A stretch of 64,000 nt of DNA from Anaerolineae bacterium. Lineage in GTDB: Bacteria > Chloroflexota > Anaerolineae > UBA3071. Shown here piece by piece: positions 19,647 to 28,862 of the stretch. Where the stretch lies: the NCBI GenBank assembly GCA_029907105.1, contig JARYMM010000004.1, positions 65,364 through 129,363 on the forward strand, written 5' to 3'. The notes beneath the pieces were generated by a model, which was not told where the DNA came from, did not search any database, and saw only the letters and a list, made by a program, of their open reading frames with translations. The translations under genes and the position numbers were made by a program. Numbering within the stretch: the stretch's first letter is position 1; every line of letters starts with the position of its first letter.

Positions 19647-19781
19647 GGAGAGTCAGGAGACCGCCACCACCCGAAACCCGAAGTTGTCGTTGCGGTAGCC
19701 CGGGAAGTACCCGTCGCGAAAGGCGCAGCGGACGTCCCTGCGATCGTCGTACCACGCGCCGCCACGAAGCACGCGCGGCGC
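19647..19781 (-). repeat. DGR variable repeat (VR) at the 3' end of the target gene
   Basis: Aligns to the TR with 18 substitutions, all at TR adenines; the 3'-terminal about 28 nt (IMH-like) is near-identical to the TR. Confidence 0.85.
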
Positions 19782-22529
19782 ATCTCCTTCAACGTCCTGA
19801 AGTTTCCGCTCCTTTTGAACGTAGCCCTGGTAATCGCCCACCCATTGCGTCAGACACCATTCCCAGACGTTGCCGCTCATGTCCAGCACACCATAGGGAC
19901 TGGCTCCGGCGGGAAAGAGGCCCACGGCGCTGGTCGTGCCGATGCCCGTGTCGCCCATGTTGCACTTGCTCTCGTCGAACTCGCCTTTCCAAGGGTAGAT
20001 GCGGCCATCGGTGCCCCGGGCGGCCTTTTCCCACTCTGCTTCCGTCGGCAGGCGGATGACGGTTCCCGGTTTCAGGTTCCAGGTTTCAGGTTTTCCCTCC
20101 CGCCAAATCCGCAATCCGCATTCCGCATTCCGCAATCTCTCCGTGAGCCAGCGACAGAAGGCCAAGGCTTCGTACCAGGTGACGCCGACGACGGGGTGGT
20201 TGGGCAGGTCGAAGACGCCGCCGTATTTCTCCGGCCCGGTGCGCTCACCCCGCCACTGGAGGCCGGCCTGTGTCCACCAGTCTTTGTTGCGGTAGCCATC
20301 GGGATCGTCCACAAACGCCTGGAATTGCTCGTTGGTGATGGGGTAGCGGGAGATGAGGTAGTCGTAGGGCAGGGGGTGCTCGTGCTGCGGCAGTTCATTA
20401 TCCCAGGCCTCCGGGTCGTGCTTCTTGTCGCTGCCCATGGTGAACGGGCCGGCGGGGACGGGGCACCAGAGGATGTCGGGCAACCCCTCCCCCAACCCCT
20501 CCCCGACACGGGGAGGGGAGAAGAGGCCCACGCCAGGACGGGGGTCGTCCAGGCGGGCCAGCACCTGTCCGGCTTCAACCCGCGCCGGCACTGAGACCCC
20601 CTCCAGATGGCGCTCGACAAAATCGGCCAGTTGTCGGGCCAGTTGCTGACGAGCAGTGTCATACCAGCCCACCCGATGCGGGGGGATTTCCAGCAACGCC
20701 CGGCCCGCCCAGGCCAGGCCAAAGGCCCGCCGGTCACCTGCCTCCGCCAATTCAGCTAACTCTTCAAGCAGGAAGCGGCGGGCCTGCTGTGGCCATTGCA
20801 GCAGGTAACCCGCCATCAGCAAGAACACCTCTAGCCACCAACTGCGCCCTGCGTGTTCCCGCAAGAAGCCAGTCCAGGCCTCACCGCGGCCGCGCAGGTT
20901 GTCCACCAGGTAGTTGGCCGCCAGGAACTCCTGCACGGTCAGGTGGTCGCCAAAGCTATATCCACCTTCGTGCTGATAGAGGATCCCGCTGCGCTCGGCC
21001 ATCAGGCTCAGGAACTCTGCCGCTTCCTTCTCCGCATCCCGCCGCCGTTCCAGGTTCAGGTATTCTTGCATGAAGGGGGCCAGGATGCGCCGCACCAGAT
21101 CCTGTTCATCCACCACGACCAGGGCATCTTGCTTCCGACGGGAGGCCTGCTCCGGCTCGGCAAGCTCGTGGGTCTGATAGGCAGCATAGGCCAGGTAGAG
21201 ACGGCGGTCTTCGGCCGGCCAACGGGCGTCGCGCAGGGAAGGCACTGCCTCAGCCCCCTCTTCTTCATGCAGCCGCTCCCCCAGGAGCACACTGACGTAG
21301 GCATGATATAACTCGGCCCGTTGCTCGGGCAATTGCCGGCCGGCATAGTGAATAATGGTCGCTGTCCAGACCATCAATGGGGTCTTGACCATTTCCTGCA
21401 ACAGGTCGGAGCTTTTGATACGCTCGACGAGCAGCCGGGCGCGCTCGGCGGCCACGTCCGGATCGGGCTCCAGGCCGGCATAGAGGCGCCTGGCAATGAA
21501 TTGCCACTGGGCCGGCGTCAGGTCACGCACCGTGGCCAGGTCAAAGCGCTCGTTGAGCTGGGCTCCGGCGTAGGCGGCCACCCGTGCGGTGACCAGGTAA
21601 CGGTTGCCCGGCCAGTCGTCGGCCAGACGTTCGATGATCTGCCGCACGAGGGCGCGGTGATCAGGGTCAGCCACCTCGTCCAGTGCATCGAGCAGCAGCC
21701 AGCAACGGCCAGCCCGGATCTGCGCCGAGAGGAAACCGTGCGGCACCTTGTCCGGGTGCCAGCGTTGGAAGTGATCGTCCACGAAACGCAGCAGGCCCTG
21801 CACATCGCGATGATATGTGTGAGGGCTCGTCTGGCAGGCGTGCTCGAAGTTGCGCAAGGCTACGAAGACCGGCAAGGGCAGGGGCGAGACGGTCAGGCCG
21901 AGTTCAGCTCGAGCCAAATCGGGCTCGGCGCAGGCCAATACGGTGGCCACCAGGCGCAAGACGGTGGTCTTGCCGCAGCCGGCCTGGCCGATGATGGCCA
22001 GGTTGCCACTCAGAGCCAGCATCTCGGCCAGGGAGATGTCGCGGCGGGCCTCGTCTCTGCTCTCTTTCTTCTCCACACCCAGAGGCGAGACCGGGCGGCC
22101 CGGTTGCCAGTCGAAACGCAAAGGGGTATAGATGCCCTCTTCGCCAAGCAAGGGAAAGCGGTCGGCCGCGCCCTTGAACTCGGAAAGCTGCTTGTAAGGC
22201 CTTGTCTCCACCAGACCGCAGGCGGAGCGCATCGTCTCCAGATAGGTGGCGACGATCGCCTCGTCATCTTCAGCAGGGCCACCGGCTGGAGGCAAGACCG
22301 ATTGCTCCAATTCTTTCAAGCGGTCTTCCAACTCTCGAATGGTTGCTTCCTCGTTTTCGATCTGATTCTGCAGGTGCAAAGGCACCATACCGGCTCCGAA
22401 GCGAGCAGCATCCAACTCCAGCTTCCGCAAGTTGCGCTCGTGCTGGGCCAGCAGTCGCTGCAGGTGCTTCTGCTCCTCAGTGATCGGATCTTCGAGGCGC
22501 GATGGTCTGAGAGTGGTCTGTGCAGACAT
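19653..22529 (-). CDS. DGR target protein: N-terminal coiled-coil, STAND (NACHT-like) NTPase, C-terminal FGE-sulfatase/C-type-lectin-fold domain carrying the VR
   Basis: Walker A GQAGCGKTT; FGE-type fold ending in RGGAWYDDRRDVRCAFRDGYFPGYRNDNFGFRVV; start at MSAQTTL with a GGAGAGGG RBS. Confidence 0.8.
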   Translation of the reverse strand: MSAQTTLRPSRLEDPITEEQKHLQRLLAQHERNLRKLELDAARFGAGMVPLHLQNQIENEEATIRELEDRLKELEQSVLPPAGGPAEDDEAIVATYLETMRSACGLVETRPYKQLSEFKGAADRFPLLGEEGIYTPLRFDWQPGRPVSPLGVEKKESRDEARRDISLAEMLALSGNLAIIGQAGCGKTTVLRLVATVLACAEPDLARAELGLTVSPLPLPVFVALRNFEHACQTSPHTYHRDVQGLLRFVDDHFQRWHPDKVPHGFLSAQIRAGRCWLLLDALDEVADPDHRALVRQIIERLADDWPGNRYLVTARVAAYAGAQLNERFDLATVRDLTPAQWQFIARRLYAGLEPDPDVAAERARLLVERIKSSDLLQEMVKTPLMVWTATIIHYAGRQLPEQRAELYHAYVSVLLGERLHEEEGAEAVPSLRDARWPAEDRRLYLAYAAYQTHELAEPEQASRRKQDALVVVDEQDLVRRILAPFMQEYLNLERRRDAEKEAAEFLSLMAERSGILYQHEGGYSFGDHLTVQEFLAANYLVDNLRGRGEAWTGFLREHAGRSWWLEVFLLMAGYLLQWPQQARRFLLEELAELAEAGDRRAFGLAWAGRALLEIPPHRVGWYDTARQQLARQLADFVERHLEGVSVPARVEAGQVLARLDDPRPGVGLFSPPRVGEGLGEGLPDILWCPVPAGPFTMGSDKKHDPEAWDNELPQHEHPLPYDYLISRYPITNEQFQAFVDDPDGYRNKDWWTQAGLQWRGERTGPEKYGGVFDLPNHPVVGVTWYEALAFCRWLTERLRNAECGLRIWREGKPETWNLKPGTVIRLPTEAEWEKAARGTDGRIYPWKGEFDESKCNMGDTGIGTTSAVGLFPAGASPYGVLDMSGNVWEWCLTQWVGDYQGYVQKERKLQDVEGDAPRVLRGGAWYDDRRDVRCAFRDGYFPGYRNDNFGFRVVAVS
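20061..20138. repeat. In-frame heptanucleotide repeat block inside the target gene
   Basis: ggttccc ggtttca ggttcca ggtttca ... cgcaatc cgcattc cgcattc cgcaatc; encodes NAECGLRIWREGKPETWNLKPG within the FGE domain. Confidence 0.6.
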
Positions 22530-22712
22530 GATACCCTCTCCTGCTCGCGGCGGACGGCCACGTCCGCCGCCTCCCTGCTTCCCCTGGTGCATAGCATAGC
22601 CAGAACCCTGAAGCCGTCGGGCTGAAAGAGCAAAGCCCTTCGGGCTAGCTGCTTTCAGCCCCGCAGGGGCTTGGCCCTCTCAGCGCGGGGCTTGCAGCCC
22701 CGCCTTCTTCAG

Positions 22713-23285
22713 CTACCCCAGCTTTGCCGACGGCTGTTTCTTCAGCCGCAAATCGCGCAAGGTCTCGAAGCTCATGAAGTCGGCCTTGTTGATGAGGGTG
22801 GCCTCGGCGGTGCGCGTCATCTTGTCCCCCTCGCCGGCATGGGCGGCGATCATGTGCAGCACTTCCTCAGGCAGGCCGAACTCGGCAGCCAACGCCGCGC
22901 CGGAGAAGGGATGGCGCAGGAACTGGCCGTGGCGAGACTGCACGGTCAGGCCATCCTCGCCGCGCTCGTACTCCAGCAGCTTGCCGATGTCATGCAACAG
23001 GCCCCCAGCCAGCAGATAATCCACATTCAGCGGCACCCGGTCGCCGTAGATTTCATCGAACACCTCCGCCGCCCGCAGCGCCGTCAGCGTCACCGCCCGC
23101 ACATGCTCGATGTAGCTGGCCGGGCAGGGGTTGATGAGCAGGGTGAAGGGCATCTCCGCCAAGGCCGCCAGCGTCCAGCCGCTGCGCGCCAGCGCCGCCT
23201 CCCATACCTGCAACGTCTTCTCCCGCAACCCGGCATCCTGGATGAGATCGAACTCGGGAATCAGGGCCAGCAATTCTTCTCTCAT
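22713..23285 (-). CDS. HD-domain phosphohydrolase
   Basis: GGLLHDIGK HD motif. Confidence 0.6.
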   Translation of the reverse strand: MREELLALIPEFDLIQDAGLREKTLQVWEAALARSGWTLAALAEMPFTLLINPCPASYIEHVRAVTLTALRAAEVFDEIYGDRVPLNVDYLLAGGLLHDIGKLLEYERGEDGLTVQSRHGQFLRHPFSGAALAAEFGLPEEVLHMIAAHAGEGDKMTRTAEATLINKADFMSFETLRDLRLKKQPSAKLG

Positions 23286-23330
23286 ATCATCCTCTCCCTG
23301 GTTTGAAGTTTGGTGTTTGAAGTTGAAGGT

Positions 23331-23708
23331 TTAGCTCCGTCCGACCAGATAGACGCCGGCGCAGATCACCAGCACCCCCAGCCAGCGCAGCAGGGGCACG
23401 TCCTCCTTCAGCACCGCCCAGGAGAGCAGCACCACCAGGACGTAGCCCAGGCTGATGGCCGGATAGACATAGCTCAGCGCCAGGCGGGAGAGCAGCACCA
23501 GCCACAGCAGGGCGCTCAGGCCGTAGGCGGCAATGCCCGCCAGCACGTAGCCATTGCTCAGGGCCCGGCCCATGGTGGCCAGGAAGCGGTCGGACTGGAA
23601 GGTGACGACCCCCACCACGGTCATCCCCTTTTTCATGGCCAGTTGGCCGAGGACGTTGAGCAGCACGGTGATCGCCAGCAGGAGGAGGTCTTTGGCGTCT
23701 GCCTTCAT
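23331..23708 (-). CDS. Small EamA/SMR-like four-TM membrane protein (ArnE/ArnF-like)
   Basis: 125 aa from MKADAKD with four predicted TM helices; the longer ORF needs a TTG start. Confidence 0.5.
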   Translation of the reverse strand: MKADAKDLLLLAITVLLNVLGQLAMKKGMTVVGVVTFQSDRFLATMGRALSNGYVLAGIAAYGLSALLWLVLLSRLALSYVYPAISLGYVLVVLLSWAVLKEDVPLLRWLGVLVICAGVYLVGRS

Positions 23709-23885
23709 ATTCTCTCCCTCATCGAAATTATACCCCACTTCCGGAGCGCAAGCAACTCTCAAACCGCCCAACATCAGCGCCGGCAGTCTTGCTCTTGTTT
23801 TTACCTGCCTTCCTTGGCCCTCTGCAAGGGCCGGCCAGGCCAAGAAAGGGCCAGGACAAGTTCTCGCGCCACCATGCAGGTAGGG

Positions 23886-23950
23886 GATGCTTCGCTGGAG
23901 TCGGCCGGGCAATGAAGTTTGACGCCTGAAACCCGCTCAGCATGACAGGT
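23886..23950. other. Conserved bipartite element, copy 1 (GATGCTTCGCTGG...CAATGA...ACCCGCTCAGCATGACAGGT)
   Basis: The same blocks, in the same order, occur again at 46216-46313. Confidence 0.5.
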
Positions 23951-24051
23951 ACGGTTGTAGTATTAAATGCAGAGCTACCGGGCGCCGAGACCGCAGTCGT
24001 CATAGCCTAACGGGCCACCCTGAAGCATGAAAAAGTCCCACCTGTGCGGTT

Positions 24052-24081
24052 AGTAGGACAACTGCTCGCAGTTGTCCTACT
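24052..24081. repeat. Palindrome AGTAGGACAACTGC-tc-GCAGTTGTCCTACT (family copy 1)
   Basis: Perfect 14-bp inverted repeat, preceded by the shared flank ccacctgtgcggtt. Confidence 0.55.
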
Positions 24082-24210
24082 ACCTCGAAAATAGATGCCT
24101 GGACCATTATTCGTCCCTGGTGGTGTCCGCAGGGACGTGACAACTACTCTGCGCAGTTGACGCCTCGGCCTGAAATGAGTATACTTGTGCTCAGGCGAAG
24201 GAGAGATGTC

Positions 24211-27072
24211 ATGAGCGACCGAACAAGCCGCATGGCGAGATGGCTTCTGGTGATGGCGCTGGTGTGTGGCAGCCTGGGCGCCCCGCGCGCCGCGGCCGCC
24301 CAGGAGAGCACCGACCTCGTCCAGCAGATACTGGCGCAGATGTCCACCGCCGACAGGGTGGGACAGCTTTTCCTGGTCTCCTTCGCCGGCACCGACGTGG
24401 GACCCAACTCCGACATCGCCCAACTCATCCGCGACTACCGTGTGGGCGGCGTGGTGCTTTCGGCTTCCAACGGCAACTACCGCAACGAAGGGGATACGCC
24501 AGCCCAGGTCGCCCAGTTGACGAACGCCCTGCAGACCTGGGCCTTCAGCCAGCCGCTGCCCCCTGCCTCCGCCGAAAGCGAGATAGAAGTGATCACTCCT
24601 ACTCAGGCGGTGGAAAGCCTCCCCATCCCCCTGTTCGTGGCCATCGTCCAGGAAGGCGACGGCTTCCCCTACAGCCAGCTCTTCAACGGCTTCACCCCCC
24701 TGCCCAGCAACATGGCCATCGGCGCCACCTGGAACCCGGCCAACGCCCAGGCCGTGGGCCAGCTCGTGGGCCGCGAGCTGGCCGCCGTGGGCGTCAACCT
24801 GCTCCTGGGCCCATCCCTGGATGTGCTCGACAACCCGCGGCCCGGCGGCAAGGGCGACCTGGGCACCCGCACCTTCGGCGGCGACCCCTACTGGGTGGGC
24901 AAGCTGGGCCAGGCCTACATCCGGGGCGTGCATGAAGGCTCCGGCGGGCGCGTGGCCACGGTGGCCAAACACTTCCCCGGCCAGGGCGGCAGCGACCGCC
25001 GCCCCGACGACGAGGTGGCCACGGTCCAGAAATCCTTGCAGCAACTGCGCTCGGTGGAGCTGGCCCCCTTTGCCGCCGTGGTGCGCGGCGCCGAAAGCGG
25101 CGACTGGTCCGGCAGCGCCGAAGGGCTGATGTCCTCGCATATCCGCTACCGCGGCTTCCAGGGCAACATCCGCCAACTGACCCCGCCCATCAGCCTGGCC
25201 CCGCAGTTGCAGGACCTGATGGCTCTGCCCGAATTCGCTGCCTGGCGCGCTCAGGGCGGCCTGCTGGTCACCGACGGCCTGGGCGTGCCCGCCGTGCGCC
25301 GCCACTACGACCCCCAACTGCAAAAGTTCCCCCACCGGCAGATCGCCCAGGAAGCTTTCCTGGCCGGGAATGACCTGCTGCAGCTAGCGCAGTTCTCCCT
25401 CACCGGTGCCTGGCCCGACCAGTTCACCAACATCAAGGAGACCATCCAGTTCTTCCGCGAGAAGTACGAAAGCGACCCCGACTTCCAGCGGCGGGTGGAC
25501 ACGGCCGTAGCCCGCATCCTCACCCTCAAGCTGCGCCTCTACCCCCAGTTGGATTGGCCGAGCACCCAGGTCTCACTGGAGACGCTGAGCCAGGTGATCA
25601 ACCGGGGCCAGGCGGACATGGCGCGGGTGGCCCGCCAGGCCATCACGCTGATCTATCCCGGGCTGGAGGAACTGGCCGACCGGCTGCCCAGCGCGCCGCT
25701 GGCGGATGAGAACATCCTCATATTCACAGAAGCCCGGCAGGTGAGCGAATGCGCCGACTGCCCCGCCTTCCCCCTCATCCCGCCCACTGCTCTGGAAGAG
25801 ATCATGCTGCGCCTCTACGGGCCGCAGGCCAGCGGCCAGGTGGACCCCGAACGGGTCCGCAGCCTCACCTTCGGCCAGCTCAAAGCCTTTCTGCGCGGCG
25901 AGTTGGACGAGGCCGCCGCCCGGGAGATGGAGACACTGATCGGAGAGGCGGAATGGGTCCTCTTCGCCATGCTCGACCTCAACCAGGAAGAGTATCCCGA
26001 TTCCGATGCCCTGAAGCAGTTCCTGCGCCTGCGCTCCGACAGCCTGCGCGGCAAGAACCTGGTGGCCATGGCTTACAACGCCCCCTATTTCCTGGACACG
26101 ACCGAAATCAGCAAACTGACAGCCTATTACGGCGTCTACGCCAAAACGCCGCCGTTCCTGGAAGCTGCGGTGCGTGCCCTGTTCCGCGAATTCACCCCCG
26201 CCGGCGCACCGCCGGTCAGCGTGGCCGGCATCAATTATGACCTGCTCAAACGCACCGAGCCAAACCCTGACCAGATCATCCAGGTCATGCTGGCCAGCGA
26301 GGTTACAGGTGAGGACCTGACGGCAGCGGTAGACGTGAAAGTGGGGGGCACGTTGCGCCTGCGCACCAGCGTCATCCTCGACCGTAACGGCCATCCGGTA
26401 CCCGATGGCACACCGGTGGAGTTCAAATTGCTCTATCCCGTCGAGGCCCTGGAACTGCCCCGCCAGGTACAGACAACCGTGGAAGGCGTGGCCGAGGTCA
26501 GCGTGACCCTGGAGCGCAGCGGCGAGCTGTGGGTCTCGGCCAGCAGCCCGCCAGCGCAGCAGTCCACGACGCTGGTGGTGAACATCCAGGGCGACGAGCC
26601 GGCCACCATCGCCACCGTGGTGCCCACCGACACGCCCACGCCGACGACCACGCCGACAGCGACACCGACGGCGACGCCGACGGCCACCCCCACGGTAACG
26701 CCTACGCCGACCCTCACGCCCGTGCCCACGCCCGCCTCTGCCGTCGAGCCCCCGCCAGTGCCTCCGCGCCGCGTCAATCTCACTGCCCTCGTGCTCGGCC
26801 TGATGGCCTCGGCCATCGCCGCCGCCATCGGCTACCTGCTGTCCATGAGCATGCAGCTCGCGCCCATCCGCCTGCTGGCTTCTGCCCTGTGGGGGTTGAT
26901 CGGGGGACTGGCCGCCTACGTGCTGTATGGCCTGGGCTGGCTGCCCGGCGCGAGCTGGCTGCAACGGGGAATGGGGCCGTGGGGGGCAGCGGTCGTCGCC
27001 TTTATCGGCGGCTCGTTGCCCTTGCTCGTGCGTGGCTTCCAGGCCGCCCGCGCGGCGACGAAACGTTCGTGA
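24211..27072 (+). CDS. Glycoside hydrolase family 3 (beta-N-acetylhexosaminidase-like) with a Pro/Thr linker and a C-terminal membrane anchor
   Basis: Signal peptide, KHFPGQGGSDRRPDD GH3 motif, TPTPTTTPTATPTATPTATP linker, C-terminal TM helices; AAGGAGAG RBS. Confidence 0.7.
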   Translation: MSDRTSRMARWLLVMALVCGSLGAPRAAAAQESTDLVQQILAQMSTADRVGQLFLVSFAGTDVGPNSDIAQLIRDYRVGGVVLSASNGNYRNEGDTPAQVAQLTNALQTWAFSQPLPPASAESEIEVITPTQAVESLPIPLFVAIVQEGDGFPYSQLFNGFTPLPSNMAIGATWNPANAQAVGQLVGRELAAVGVNLLLGPSLDVLDNPRPGGKGDLGTRTFGGDPYWVGKLGQAYIRGVHEGSGGRVATVAKHFPGQGGSDRRPDDEVATVQKSLQQLRSVELAPFAAVVRGAESGDWSGSAEGLMSSHIRYRGFQGNIRQLTPPISLAPQLQDLMALPEFAAWRAQGGLLVTDGLGVPAVRRHYDPQLQKFPHRQIAQEAFLAGNDLLQLAQFSLTGAWPDQFTNIKETIQFFREKYESDPDFQRRVDTAVARILTLKLRLYPQLDWPSTQVSLETLSQVINRGQADMARVARQAITLIYPGLEELADRLPSAPLADENILIFTEARQVSECADCPAFPLIPPTALEEIMLRLYGPQASGQVDPERVRSLTFGQLKAFLRGELDEAAAREMETLIGEAEWVLFAMLDLNQEEYPDSDALKQFLRLRSDSLRGKNLVAMAYNAPYFLDTTEISKLTAYYGVYAKTPPFLEAAVRALFREFTPAGAPPVSVAGINYDLLKRTEPNPDQIIQVMLASEVTGEDLTAAVDVKVGGTLRLRTSVILDRNGHPVPDGTPVEFKLLYPVEALELPRQVQTTVEGVAEVSVTLERSGELWVSASSPPAQQSTTLVVNIQGDEPATIATVVPTDTPTPTTTPTATPTATPTATPTVTPTPTLTPVPTPASAVEPPPVPPRRVNLTALVLGLMASAIAAAIGYLLSMSMQLAPIRLLASALWGLIGGLAAYVLYGLGWLPGASWLQRGMGPWGAAVVAFIGGSLPLLVRGFQAARAATKRS

Positions 27073-27073
27073 T

Positions 27074-28147
27074 TCAGGGGGAAGCAGGCGGCGTCTGCGT
27101 GGCCAGCACCGCCGGAGGATTGATTTCCACCCCCGGAGAAGATTCCGGGGACAAGGGGGGCGCGAAGAGGGTGACCAGGAGGGCCACGGCGGCCAGGCCG
27201 ACGGTGACGGCGATCAGCCAGCGGTTGGCCTGCACCGCCTGGGCCCACTCGCCGCGGCCGAACACGGCAAGTTCAGCGCCGGGTGACGAGGGCGGCGCAC
27301 TGAACAGCATGGCCTCCCATTCGGCCACCGAGGACGGGCGCTGATCCGGGTGCATGGCCATGGCCTGCAACAGGGCTCGCTCGGTCTGGGGGGAGATGTC
27401 GGGATTCAGCTCCCGCGGCGGGATGAGGCTGCCGGGGCGGAGGAAACGCTCCCGGGCATCGGCCGGCGGCGTGCCGGTTAACAGATGATAGAGGGTCGCC
27501 CCCAGGGAGTAGATGTCGGAGCGGACATCTGTGTGGCCGGTATCGCCGCCATATTGCTCCAGGGGCGTGTACTGTGCCGTGCCTCGCCCCTGCACCACGG
27601 TCACCGTGCGGCTGTCGTCGGGCAACAACAGCTTGACCAGCCCGAAGTCCACCAGCTTGAGCTGGCCGCGGGGCGTCAATTTGATGTTGGAAGGCTTGAT
27701 GTCGCGGTGCAGGACCGGCGGCTCCTGGCTGTGCAGGTATTGCAGCGCATCGCTCAGTTGCCGGGCCCATTCCAGCACCGTCTTTTCGGCCAGGAACTTG
27801 CCCTGCCGGCGGGCTTCGTTCAGGATCTCCCGCAGGTCGGGGCCGGGCACGTAATCCATCACCAGGTATTCGCGGCCCTCGTGGGAGAAATAGTCGGAGA
27901 CCTTGGGCAGCGTGGGGTGATCGAGACGGGCCAGGATGCTGGCCTCACGATAAAATTGCTCGCGGGTCTGCTCCAATATCTCAGGGGTGGCGCTCAGGTC
28001 GGGCAGGATCTCTTTCAGAGCGCATTCCCGCCCTTTGAGGCGCAGGTCCTCGGCCCGGTACACCGCCCCCATGCCCCCCTGGCCGATCAATTCGATGATT
28101 TTGTAGCGAGATCGCAGCACGGTTCCGCTGGGCAATGGTGTGTTCAT
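27074..28147 (-). CDS. Ser/Thr protein kinase with a C-terminal TM segment
   Basis: [11 protein letters not shown] glycine loop, HRDIKPSNI catalytic loop, DFG motif. Confidence 0.85.
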   Translation of the reverse strand: MNTPLPSGTVLRSRYKIIELIGQGGMGAVYRAEDLRLKGRECALKEILPDLSATPEILEQTREQFYREASILARLDHPTLPKVSDYFSHEGREYLVMDYVPGPDLREILNEARRQGKFLAEKTVLEWARQLSDALQYLHSQEPPVLHRDIKPSNIKLTPRGQLKLVDFGLVKLLLPDDSRTVTVVQGRGTAQYTPLEQYGGDTGHTDVRSDIYSLGATLYHLLTGTPPADARERFLRPGSLIPPRELNPDISPQTERALLQAMAMHPDQRPSSVAEWEAMLFSAPPSSPGAELAVFGRGEWAQAVQANRWLIAVTVGLAAVALLVTLFAPPLSPESSPGVEINPPAVLATQTPPASP

Positions 28148-28200
28148 GGTAGCGAATTATGACCCAGGTTTGGCTTCTTGTCAAATGGAGGTGAAAACCC

Positions 28201-28851
28201 ATGGCGCAGGTTCGTGAGAGCGCGATGTTGATTTTGCAGCAGGGCGCAGGCACCGGGCGGCGCTGGTCGTTGGGACAGGGGACGCTCACCATTGGCCGCG
28301 GCGAGGATTGCGACATCACCCTGCCCGATCGGCACGTCTCCCGCCACCACGCCCGCATCTCCTGGGCCGATGGCCGTTACGTGGTGGAGGACCTGGGCAG
28401 CAAGAACGGCACCCACGTCAACGGCCGCGAACTGAAAGCGGCGCGGGTTCTGGAAGACGGCGACGAGATCCAGATCGCCCTGCGCTTCAAGCTGGCCTTC
28501 GTGGATGCCGGAGCCACAGCCCCGCTGACCTTCTCCGAGGCCGAAGCCAGGGGGCTGCGCCTGGACGAGCCCACACACCAGGTCTACGTCGGCAGCCACC
28601 TGCTGGACCCGCCCCTCTCTCCTGCCCAGTACCGGCTGCTCAAACTTCTGGTAGACGCCAGAGGGGGCATCGTCAGCCGCGAGGCGGTCGTGCACGCCGT
28701 CTGGCCGGAAGCCCTGGAAGAGGGGGTATCGGAGCAGGCCATTGACGCCCTGGTGCGCCGCCTGCGCGAGCGGCTGGCCGAACTGGACGACGAGCATCAG
28801 TACGTGGTCACCGTACGCGGCCATGGCTTCCGCTTCGAGCAGGCCCCTTAG
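28201..28851 (+). CDS. FHA-domain protein fused to an OmpR/PhoB-type winged-helix DNA-binding domain
   Basis: N-terminal FHA ([22 protein letters not shown]...[10 protein letters not shown]); C-terminal trans_reg_C-like ([10 protein letters not shown]...[11 protein letters not shown]). Confidence 0.7.
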   Translation: MAQVRESAMLILQQGAGTGRRWSLGQGTLTIGRGEDCDITLPDRHVSRHHARISWADGRYVVEDLGSKNGTHVNGRELKAARVLEDGDEIQIALRFKLAFVDAGATAPLTFSEAEARGLRLDEPTHQVYVGSHLLDPPLSPAQYRLLKLLVDARGGIVSREAVVHAVWPEALEEGVSEQAIDALVRRLRERLAELDDEHQYVVTVRGHGFRFEQAP

Positions 28852-28862
28852 CGAGGACACCG

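Noticed and set aside
19653-22592. Possibility that the 979-aa DGR target is two genes or a frameshifted fusion, because a repeat block sits in the middle of its C-terminal domain
   Set aside because: The repeat block is a multiple of 3 and the FGE-fold motifs continue in frame on both sides. Only the 21 N-terminal codons upstream of the RBS-supported Met were trimmed.
23709-23960. Guanidine (ykkC-family) riboswitch upstream of the SMR/EamA-like small exporter
   Set aside because: The minus-strand leader does not contain the conserved ykkC, mini-ykkC (ACGR loops) or guanidine-III motifs as I recall them. The conserved blocks here are instead shared with an unrelated locus at 46213.
28180-28200. 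Shared 13-mer TTGTCAAATGG(G)AG immediately upstream of the FHA-regulator ATG and (reverse strand, 63899-63915) of nuoK
   Set aside because: It is most simply a purine-rich RBS context, and two occurrences are within chance expectation. I kept it only as a note.
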